Source of the DNA: Candidatus Parvarchaeota archaeon
GTDB taxonomy: Archaea; Nanobdellota; Nanobdellia; WJKC01
NCBI GenBank assembly: GCA_030615175.1
Contig: JAUWZX010000001.1
Coordinates: 179,840 to 199,839, forward strand
Length of the DNA stretch: 20,000 nt
Direction: 5' to 3'
Positions 1 to 7,850 of this stretch are shown here, in pieces. The notes beneath the pieces were generated by a model, which did not search any database, was not told where the DNA came from, and worked only from the letters and a program-made list of their open reading frames with translations. Within the stretch, counting starts at the first letter, position 1; each line of letters starts with the position of its first letter. Position numbers and translations under genes: made by a program.

Positions 1-587
1 AAAATAAATAATAATATTAATGATACTACTAATAGCATTGGATGTATTGAGGATAAAGTAAACAGAAATCCTGCAATGATACTGTTTTTTATTAATTTTT
101 CTTCATTTGCTTTTAAAAAAAAGATTATGAATAAAGGGATTACTGAGTAACCAAACGCGATTGGCAGATGCCCTGCAACAAAGCGGGAATAAATAACAGG
201 CGAGTACATGTAAATAATTGCTGATAAAAAACTAGCTTTATTATTTAATTTAAACTTTTTACTTAAGTAATACATTGAAACCCCAGATAATAATAATGTT
301 GCAATCATTGAAAATTTAATTAAAATACTTGCTTCAACGAAATTAAATAAAAGGATTATCCACCAAAAAAATGCTGTGGGGGTAAGTGCCCACTTGGAAC
401 CCATACCATAATCTGAATTCCAAATCTGAAAATATGAACTGGCTTTATTTGTTATTTGTTCATTAAACGGCGGGGAATCCCAGTCCCATGTGCAGCAAAC
501 AACTCCTTGAGTTAGTAGGCTGGGTAATAATGGCCATATAGATAATATAAATAAGATGGTTAGTGCATGAGAGTTTTTTATTTTCAT
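1..587 (-). CDS. Partial multi-TM GT-C-like membrane protein (YfhO/AftD-like), paralog of the 1267-aa protein; runs off the left edge
   Basis: Not in the ORF track. My manual translation from ATG at 587 is open to the window edge: MKIKNSHALTILFILSIWPLLPSLLTQGVVCCTWDWDSPP...LLLSGVSMYYLSKK...AIIYMYSPVIYSRFVAGHLPIAFGYSVIP. It shares DW, LLSG and P-x2-Y-x-R-x-VAGH...GY motifs with 7843..11646. Confidence 0.8.
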   Translation of the reverse strand, partial: MKIKNSHALTILFILSIWPLLPSLLTQGVVCCTWDWDSPPFNEQITNKASSYFQIWNSDYGMGSKWALTPTAFFWWIILLFNFVEASILIKFSMIATLLLSGVSMYYLSKKFKLNNKASFLSAIIYMYSPVIYSRFVAGHLPIAFGYSVIPLFIIFFLKANEEKLIKNSIIAGFLFTLSSIHPMLLVVSLILLFI

Positions 588-636
588 TATACAACAGCAA
601 CTGTTTCTTTTTTTAATATGTTTGGATAAGAATTCA

Positions 637-2979
637 TTAAAGACTTGTTACATTGAACTCTAATTTCGAGAGCTTTAATTTTACATCTTCATTTACTCCA
701 AGATAAATTGGTTTATCAGAATCTGCATAAACTTGAAATTTTAGTGTTACTTGTGTTAAGTTCAAATCCTTTAAAGTTAGCAGCGCATCTTTTAAAGAAA
801 TATGCTCCCCACGCACATCTACATGACCTCCTCCAACAATAGTGCATTCGTCAATTAAATTAGAATTATTAAATACTAATATTTTTACAAAACTTTTATT
901 GTAAGGAACACAGGTTATAACATTTAATGAAATTTCTTTAATAACACTATTATCTTTTGATTTTAAAAAGTATTCTATCTCACCTAATTCTCTGTCCATT
1001 GTTGGGAACAAGTAACCATCATACTCTAGTTTTCGTAATGAAATATTGCTGAAACTATTACTATTTATTAGAAGAGCGGGTCCATTGAGTTCTAAACTCC
1101 AATTCCCTTCAGTTACAGGGATTTCTATTTTTCTATTAGTCCTGCTTGCCTTGTAAACATTAAAATTTCCGAATCTGAAGATGTCAGAGAACACTCTTTT
1201 TTCAGACAAGTCATCAGTATTATTATAATATATTTCATATGAAACATCTTGACCTTCCCATTTAAACCATCCCTTTATCCATACTAGAGCGTTTCCTGAT
1301 TCTTTTTTGTAAGTGACAATGGTATAACCTGAATCACTTTTTTCTTCTGGCTTGAAGACTAACCAGTATTGTTCTGAAGTGTTTAAATTATTTAGGTTTA
1401 AGTAGATTTTATTAATACTACTTTCAATTGGTTTGAATGATTTATTATGGACTATTTCTCCTGAAGGTTTGTTATTTAAATCTCTATGGATTTCCAGGGT
1501 TAGGTTATAATCTGGGGTTTTATGACTTTTACTGAATCTTATTTCAATTAATGATATGCTTGGATTTGTTAGATTTATTGGCTGTGCAATGATGGAACCA
1601 AAATTAGTACATCCTAAACTATTGGCTTGTGAGATGTTTTGATTAATTGGCTGAAAGTTCCTCATTATTTCATAGAAATCTCCAGAATTAGGTATAATAA
1701 ACCACAAAGTTCCGTTCTTATCTAAATTTCCAGTTGGTTGATTAATCATTTCCTTTAATCGTTCACTTGAATACCATTCAACTATTTCTTTTAAGCTTCC
1801 ATCATTAATACTGATTGCGTCATTTTCCTTAACATTTTCTTCTAAGAACTCTGCCATAAATTGTTCATGTCTTACCCAATGGACTGTGCCTCCCAAATAC
1901 GCAGAAGTTGCTGGTATTAAAATATAATTTAAAATATAAATTAATAAGACTGAGTAAATTAATATATTAATTGCATTTACAAGCGTTCCCTTTTTTTGAA
2001 GTAATTTAATATTCGGCAATCTGATGTTGCTTAATGTTATTGAAATTAATGTAATGCATAGGGGCAATAAGAATAGAAAGTATCGGAAATCTCCAGAATA
2101 AAAATTGTAATTAGTAGTATATAATATAATTAAAGGAATGAAAAGGAGCAGGTATAATGCAAATTTTCTGTATTCTTTTTTAATAATTAATATCCCAATT
2201 GGAATGAAAAGTAAAATGGAAAAGAAGAAATCATAATCTCTAAAATAAACATTGAAGAATTCAAGAAAATTTATTGAAGACTGCGAGTCTATATTGTACC
2301 TAATACTAAGTGCTGATATGTAGTTTGGTATCCATGGAAGGAAAAAAAGCGCGATTATGAAGAAATTTATTAGCATTTTTTTAAACTTTATTTTCTTAAA
2401 TAAGTAAAAAATGATGAAGACCAGGAACTCTGTTAAAACAAGTAAAGCAAACCATGAGTGAGTGTATAATCCTAGTACATTACTTATTATGAAGTACTTA
2501 TTGTCATTTTTCCCCTTTTTCCTGTATAGGATTTTAAAGAAAAAATGATAAGACAGAATTGAGAGAAGCGTGAATAAGGTGTACATTTTAAAAAATTTTG
2601 AGTACAAGATGAAGTAAGGTAATATCATTAACAATGTTGCAGAAAGTAATGCTGTTGCTCTGTTGTTTATGCTGAGATTAAAAAAGTAAATCGCGATTAT
2701 TGATAGTAATCCGAATGTTAATGGAATTAATCTTATTATGAAATCAGAGTTATAATTTATTACTATTGGGTGAGAGATTAAATAAAATAAAGGGGGATTT
2801 GTTTTAATTGAGTATAAGTGATTAATTATTTCTAAGGGAGCTTTTCTTGAAACGTAAGTGGTGTATACTTCGTCCCAGTAAAGGGTTTTTGCATCAAGAT
2901 TATAAACAAGTATATTAAACCCAATAATTACTAGTGCTGAGCAGATTATTAAATCAATTTTTTTAATTTTAAACACCAT
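637..2979 (-). CDS. GT-C fold glycosyltransferase (PMT_2/GT39/ArnT-like) with a large extracellular C-terminal domain
   Basis: Multiple hydrophobic segments in the first ~360 aa. Motifs LYWDEVYT (WxDE), NPPLFY, RLIPLTFG, GLYTH and RYFLF. The ~420-aa soluble C-terminus is rich in N-x-S/T sequons. Confidence 0.8.
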   Translation of the reverse strand: MVFKIKKIDLIICSALVIIGFNILVYNLDAKTLYWDEVYTTYVSRKAPLEIINHLYSIKTNPPLFYLISHPIVINYNSDFIIRLIPLTFGLLSIIAIYFFNLSINNRATALLSATLLMILPYFILYSKFFKMYTLFTLLSILSYHFFFKILYRKKGKNDNKYFIISNVLGLYTHSWFALLVLTEFLVFIIFYLFKKIKFKKMLINFFIIALFFLPWIPNYISALSIRYNIDSQSSINFLEFFNVYFRDYDFFFSILLFIPIGILIIKKEYRKFALYLLLFIPLIILYTTNYNFYSGDFRYFLFLLPLCITLISITLSNIRLPNIKLLQKKGTLVNAINILIYSVLLIYILNYILIPATSAYLGGTVHWVRHEQFMAEFLEENVKENDAISINDGSLKEIVEWYSSERLKEMINQPTGNLDKNGTLWFIIPNSGDFYEIMRNFQPINQNISQANSLGCTNFGSIIAQPINLTNPSISLIEIRFSKSHKTPDYNLTLEIHRDLNNKPSGEIVHNKSFKPIESSINKIYLNLNNLNTSEQYWLVFKPEEKSDSGYTIVTYKKESGNALVWIKGWFKWEGQDVSYEIYYNNTDDLSEKRVFSDIFRFGNFNVYKASRTNRKIEIPVTEGNWSLELNGPALLINSNSFSNISLRKLEYDGYLFPTMDRELGEIEYFLKSKDNSVIKEISLNVITCVPYNKSFVKILVFNNSNLIDECTIVGGGHVDVRGEHISLKDALLTLKDLNLTQVTLKFQVYADSDKPIYLGVNEDVKLKLSKLEFNVTSL

Positions 2980-3022
2980 TTTGTAATCTGTTTATGTGAA
3001 GTTATTTATTAAATTTTTTGCC

Positions 3023-3066
3023 TAAAGGATGTTTAAAATCATAATATTTATTAATAAACATCTTTA
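3023..3066. promoter_or_regulatory. Divergent promoter region with a palindromic TATA-like element and a flanking inverted repeat
   Basis: TTTATTAATAAA perfect palindrome at 3047..3058, 22-33 nt upstream of ATG 3080. Inverted arms GATGTTTA (3028..3035) and TAAACATC (3055..3062). Confidence 0.45.
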
Positions 3067-3079
3067 TTAATCTAACATA

Positions 3080-3994
3080 ATGATTTCAGTTGTTCTGCCT
3101 GTGTATAATGAAGAGAAGAATGTTAGAATATTTGTTAAGGATATATTAAGGGTTTTTTCAAAGAATAAAATTAAGGGTGAAATAATAATTGTTGATGACG
3201 GCTCTACTGATAATTCATTAAAGGTGATTAAAAAATTGGCTGATCATAAACTTGTGAGGTTTTACCAAAACAAGGTTAATATGGGCAAGTCATTCGCGTT
3301 AAAGAAGGGTTTCATCCATGCAAAAGGGGACATAGTCTTTATGATTGATGTGGACTTGCAGCACAGTGCTGAGGATATACCTAAATTCATTAAGAAAATA
3401 AGGGAGGGTTATGATGTTGTTAATGGGTGGAGAAGATATAGGAAGGATGGAAATTCTAAAAGAGTTCCTTCAAGAATATATAATTCTTTAACAAAGAGAT
3501 TATTTAATTTGAATGTTCATGATTTTAATTGCGGTTTCAAAGCGTTCAAGCGTGAAGTTATTGAGCAATTATCAATGATGTCTGGTGAGCATAGATTTAT
3601 TATCCCTCTTGCCAGGAAAGTAGGTTTTAATGTTGGCGAGCTTGAAGTTAAACACTTTCCAAGAAAGTATGGAAGATCAAAATATAATTATAAAAGGATT
3701 TTTGGGGGCATGCTTGATTTAATAACTTTAAGAGTGAGGTTTATATTGGGTAATAAGCCTATGAAGATTTTTGCAGGAGTTGGTGGTTTACTATTATTTT
3801 TGGGCTTTTTATTGGGGTTTCACATATTTTATATTAAATATTTACTGGGTCAGGACTTGGGAGCTGGGAGACCAATAGTTATTCTTGATGTATTATTATT
3901 GATATCTGGCGTACAATTATTCTTTTTTGGTTTCGTATTTGACAGCATTAATGAATTAAAACAGAGTATTAATGATAGGGTGTTTAAGAAGTGA
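3080..3994 (+). CDS. GT2 polyprenyl-phosphate glycosyltransferase (ArnC/DPM-synthase-like) with 2 C-terminal TM helices
   Basis: ISVVLPVYNE, IIIVDDGSTD, DVDLQH (DxD), GYDVVNGWR, HDFNCGFKAF, HFPRKYGRSKY; hydrophobic C-terminus. Confidence 0.9.
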   Translation: MISVVLPVYNEEKNVRIFVKDILRVFSKNKIKGEIIIVDDGSTDNSLKVIKKLADHKLVRFYQNKVNMGKSFALKKGFIHAKGDIVFMIDVDLQHSAEDIPKFIKKIREGYDVVNGWRRYRKDGNSKRVPSRIYNSLTKRLFNLNVHDFNCGFKAFKREVIEQLSMMSGEHRFIIPLARKVGFNVGELEVKHFPRKYGRSKYNYKRIFGGMLDLITLRVRFILGNKPMKIFAGVGGLLLFLGFLLGFHIFYIKYLLGQDLGAGRPIVILDVLLLISGVQLFFFGFVFDSINELKQSINDRVFKK

Positions 3995-5442
3995 GAGTTC
4001 TTACTTTAGTCCCTCCAAGTAGTCAGACCAAAAATGTAGTCAGGGATTTAGTTTACGGGTGCTGGTGCAAGGGCAAGAGAATAGCCAAAACAAAGTTTCC
4101 TCCAATTTACTTGTTGTTGATTTCAACAATATTAAAAAATGAAGGTCACAAAGTCACTTTGATTGATGCGGCTTCAGAGGGAATAAGTATTGAAGAGCTT
4201 AAGAAGATTGTTTTGAAAAAAAGAATTGAGGCTGTTATAATGTTAACTGCAACAATGACTTTTAATGAGGACGTAAGTATTCTTTCAGAACTTAAAAAAA
4301 GCAATCCAGCGATGTTTACAATACTTTATGGTCAACATGTTACTTCATTTCCTAAACAAAGTCTTAAAAATGAGGCTGTTGATTTTATAGTTAAAAAAGA
4401 ACCTGATTATATTATTAGAAATTTGATTAATTCTCTTGATAATAATAGGTCTTTTAAGAATATTAAAGGTATTGGATTTAAACAAAATAGGAAAATTATA
4501 GTCAATAGAGATGCACCTTTTATTAAAAATCTTGACGAACTCCCTTTTCCTGACAGAACAATATGTCCTGATGTTGAATATTTTAATCCATTAGCAAAAA
4601 GAGATCCTTATACAACCGTAATTACTTCAAGAGGTTGTTCAGGTAAGTGCACTTTCTGCACTTCTCCATATTTTTACGGCGGTGTTTACAGGTTTAGAAG
4701 CGCTGAGAATGTTGTTGAAGAACTTAAATTAATTGCTTCACAAGGGTATAAGGAGGTTTTGTTCAGGGACGAAACTTTCACAGTTCATAGAAAAAGGACT
4801 AAGAAGATTTGTAATTTAATAATAAAAAATAAACTTGATTTAACTTGGGTGTGTAATGCGCGGGTGGGAACAATTGACAAGGAAACAATGAAGTTAATGA
4901 AGAAGGCGGGTTGTCATAAATTAAAATTTGGTGTTGAGTCAGGAAGCCAGAAGATACTTGATAATATTCAGAAAGGAATTAGATTAGAATGGATTATGAA
5001 AAACTTTATGGATGCTTATAAAGTTGGTTTGGACACGCATGCTCATTTAATACTTGGTGCTCCTGGAGAGACTAAAGAAACAATTAATCAAACTATTGAT
5101 TTTATTAAGAAATTAAAGGCAGATACAGTTACTGTTGGAATATTAACTCCTTACCCTGGTTCAAAATTATTTGATGAAATAGCGCGTATGGACAAGAGCA
5201 TTCTAAAGAACTGCACTAGTCATGATTTAAGCAAGTTGCATACTAAAAGTTTTTACAATGAATTGATATGTGATTTGAGTAAGGAATTCCTTGAGAAGTC
5301 AGTAAAAAGGGTTTACAAGAGTTTTTATTTAAGATTATGGTATATCTTATGGAAGCTTAAGAAAATAAATTCATTTGAAGAATTTAAAACAGTTTTACGT
5401 GCTGGCATTACAACGATATTGTTTAGTGTGAGTGGTGATTAA
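3991..5442 (+). CDS. Cobalamin-binding radical SAM protein (class B-like)
   Basis: GTG start overlaps the upstream TGA. N-terminal B12-binding-like domain (PPIYLLLISTILK...YGQHVT), LDELPFPDR linker, SRGCSGKCTFC (CxxxCxxC at 4636..4659), FRDETF, FGVESGSQ, TPYPGS. Confidence 0.9.
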   Translation: MRVLTLVPPSSQTKNVVRDLVYGCWCKGKRIAKTKFPPIYLLLISTILKNEGHKVTLIDAASEGISIEELKKIVLKKRIEAVIMLTATMTFNEDVSILSELKKSNPAMFTILYGQHVTSFPKQSLKNEAVDFIVKKEPDYIIRNLINSLDNNRSFKNIKGIGFKQNRKIIVNRDAPFIKNLDELPFPDRTICPDVEYFNPLAKRDPYTTVITSRGCSGKCTFCTSPYFYGGVYRFRSAENVVEELKLIASQGYKEVLFRDETFTVHRKRTKKICNLIIKNKLDLTWVCNARVGTIDKETMKLMKKAGCHKLKFGVESGSQKILDNIQKGIRLEWIMKNFMDAYKVGLDTHAHLILGAPGETKETINQTIDFIKKLKADTVTVGILTPYPGSKLFDEIARMDKSILKNCTSHDLSKLHTKSFYNELICDLSKEFLEKSVKRVYKSFYLRLWYILWKLKKINSFEEFKTVLRAGITTILFSVSGD

Positions 5443-6094
5443 TATTAAATCCTTAAATAAGTTATACTATAAAGAAAGGTATTTTAAACAAAGTAATTGT
5501 GTTAAAGAATATGTCAAAAAAAGAAGGAAATTTCTTAATAAGGGAAACATCGTTCTTGATTTTTGTTGCGGTCAAGGGTTATTCTTATCGGAGCTTAAAA
5601 AGAAGTCAAATTTTGTTGTAGGTATTGACATTTCTATTGACCAGATTAAGCGTATTAAAAAAGAAAGAAATCTTTTCCTTATTGTTGCTGATGGGGAGCA
5701 ATTACCTTTTAAAAAAGAATCTTTTGATTTTATTCTCTGTAATGCAGCATTGCATCACTTCGAAAACGTTAATTTAGGTATTTCAGAGGTATCAAGAGTT
5801 TGTAATCCAAAAGGAAGAATCACGTTAATTGAGCCTAATCGCGTAAATATATTAATATTCTTATTAGGGTTGAAAAAAAGAGTCGAAAGGAATAGTTTAA
5901 AACTTAATAAAAAAAAGATTGTTTCACAACTTAATGATTTTAAAGTGAGTTCTTCAAGGATTTGGAGTCTTGTTTACCCTTCTATGAATTTTAATTCAGG
6001 GTTCATTAAATTATTATTAACTGCTGAATTAATTTTTGAGAAATTATTTAATTATTTTGGAACACACTTAGTTGTTAAAGGTGTTAAAAAATGA
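5432..6094 (+). CDS. Class I SAM-dependent methyltransferase
   Basis: Motif I VLDFCCGQG, VVGIDIS, ADGEQLPFKKESFDFI, ALHH, LIEPN. Overlaps both neighbours. Confidence 0.85.
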   Translation: MVINIKSLNKLYYKERYFKQSNCVKEYVKKRRKFLNKGNIVLDFCCGQGLFLSELKKKSNFVVGIDISIDQIKRIKKERNLFLIVADGEQLPFKKESFDFILCNAALHHFENVNLGISEVSRVCNPKGRITLIEPNRVNILIFLLGLKKRVERNSLKLNKKKIVSQLNDFKVSSSRIWSLVYPSMNFNSGFIKLLLTAELIFEKLFNYFGTHLVVKGVKK

Positions 6095-7500
6095 AGGTTT
6101 TGCTTGTTAATCCTCCTTGGAGCGAAGTTTATGGCAGGTATAAGCCTGCGGCCAGAGTAGGGGTTATGAATCCCCCTTTAGGGTTGTGTTACTTATCAAG
6201 TGTTGCTAAGGACGCTGGCTTTAATGTTGACATCCTTGATGCTGAGGTAGAAGTAATGAATGAAGAACAAGTAGCAAATTACGCAATTAAGAAAAAATAT
6301 GATGCTGTTGGCATTACTGCCACAACCCCTCTTTTTCATAAGGCAAACAAGATTGCAGAATTAATTAAAAAGAAGAATAAGAGTATTGTAACAATAATTG
6401 GTGGACCTCACGTAACCTTAATGCCTCACCTGATTAAGAATTCATATTTTGATTATGGTATTGTTGGTGAAGGAGAAATAACTTTTCCAGAATTATTGAA
6501 ATCAATTAAAAAAAGGGTGAAGAACCCAAGAACCAGGGGTATTGTTTATAGGGAAAATAAAAAAATTATCAAGACAAAACCACGTGAATTGATTAAAAAC
6601 CTTGACAGCCTTCCTTTCCCTGACAGGGAGTCCTTGAATTTGGATAAGTATAAATGGAGTGTTCCTAAAAAAGGAATTATGAGATTTACAACAATTTTAG
6701 GCAGTAGGGGTTGCCCTTTTAAGTGTATTTTTTGCTCAACTAATGCAATTTTTGGTAGGAAATTCAGGCTTAGGTCTGCGGAAAATATATTTGATGAGCT
6801 AAAGCAGTTGGTTGATGAATTTAATATTAGGCATTTTCTCATGATTGATGATACACTAACTGTTTCAAGAAAGCGCATGATGGAATTAAGCAGGTTAATA
6901 GTAAGGAATAAGTTAGATATTACTTGGGAGGGATGGACCAGGGCAAATTTAGTGGATAAAGTTTTATTAAGGACTATGAAAAGGGCAGGCTTTAACAGTA
7001 TATCATTTGGTATTGAATCAGGAGACCCTAAAATATTGAAAGTTATTAAGAAAGGGGTTGATTTAAAATCTGTTGATAAGGCTTATAAGATTGCTAAGAG
7101 TTTAGGCATTGAAACTCGCTGTTCAGTAATGATTGGTCATCCTTTTGAGACAAGAGAGTCTGCTATGCGCACTTTGAATTTTATTAAGAATTTAAAATAT
7201 TGTGACCAAGCTAGAATTAATATTTCAACTCCTTATCCTGGAACCAAGTTATATGACATGGCTTTAAAAGGAGAGGGAGGCATTAAACTTTATACTAAGG
7301 AGTTTTCAAAGTACAGGCGTTATGGTAATGCTGTTATTAGTGTTAATGATTTATCGAGGGAGGACTTAATTAAAATGCAGAAAAAGGGTATTAGGATGTT
7401 TTATCTTTCATCTCCAAGGAGAATATGGTATAATCTTAGGAGGGCTGGCTTAAAGGCAGCTATTAATAATTCGATTGCTTTTGCTAAGAGTTTTTTTTAA
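6091..7500 (+). CDS. Cobalamin-binding radical SAM protein (class B-like)
   Basis: ATGA overlap with the upstream gene and an AAGGTG SD-like site. VLLVNPP, PPLGLCYLSS, IIGGPHVT, VGEGE, LDSLPFPDR, SRGCPFKCIFC (6712..6735), IDDT, FGIESG, TPYPGT. Confidence 0.92.
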   Translation: MKVLLVNPPWSEVYGRYKPAARVGVMNPPLGLCYLSSVAKDAGFNVDILDAEVEVMNEEQVANYAIKKKYDAVGITATTPLFHKANKIAELIKKKNKSIVTIIGGPHVTLMPHLIKNSYFDYGIVGEGEITFPELLKSIKKRVKNPRTRGIVYRENKKIIKTKPRELIKNLDSLPFPDRESLNLDKYKWSVPKKGIMRFTTILGSRGCPFKCIFCSTNAIFGRKFRLRSAENIFDELKQLVDEFNIRHFLMIDDTLTVSRKRMMELSRLIVRNKLDITWEGWTRANLVDKVLLRTMKRAGFNSISFGIESGDPKILKVIKKGVDLKSVDKAYKIAKSLGIETRCSVMIGHPFETRESAMRTLNFIKNLKYCDQARINISTPYPGTKLYDMALKGEGGIKLYTKEFSKYRRYGNAVISVNDLSREDLIKMQKKGIRMFYLSSPRRIWYNLRRAGLKAAINNSIAFAKSFF

Positions 7501-7850
7501 ATCGTTGTACTATAAATTCCTATTACTGAAATGTTCTTTGATGTGTAAATGGTTTTTTCAGGCACGGCATTTGTATGCAATTCAAAAAATAATGAATTAT
7601 TTTCATACTGTGAACGGGTTACCGGTACTCCAGGAAGTGATTTATTAGGACTATCTAATGAAAATATATATATTATATTATTAAATTCTTTTAATTTACT
7701 AGTTTCAAAACTTGATAAATTACTGATTGAACTAAATCTTGTGTAATTATAGTCCTCCAGATAGTAAAGGAAGGTTGATTTAAGCTCTCTAAAAGTAATA
7801 CTAAGTCCTCTTTCTTTCAATGTTTTAACATAATCACTTAACTCACTCAT
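7497..7850 (-). CDS. Hypothetical 117-aa protein; possible remnant of an extracellular domain
   Basis: Exactly fills the gap: ATG overlaps the stop of the 1267-aa gene (ATGAGTGA), and its stop overlaps the convergent stop of the radical SAM gene (TTAA 7497..7500). No family recognised. Confidence 0.5.
   Translation of the reverse strand: MSELSDYVKTLKERGLSITFRELKSTFLYYLEDYNYTRFSSISNLSSFETSKLKEFNNIIYIFSLDSPNKSLPGVPVTRSQYENNSLFFELHTNAVPEKTIYTSKNISVIGIYSTTI

Noticed and set aside
6546..6878. 110-aa minus-strand ORF
   Set aside because: Antisense shadow inside a well-supported radical SAM gene; no motifs.
3991..7500. Specific calls such as bchE, hpnJ/hpnP or grsA/B for the radical SAM genes
   Set aside because: Only the shared domain architecture is visible. 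There is no chlorophyll, hopanoid or tetraether-lipid gene context, so a phylogeny is needed.
7549..7746. 65-aa plus-strand ORF
   Set aside because: Antisense to the longer 117-aa ORF, which fits the gap with overlaps at both ends.
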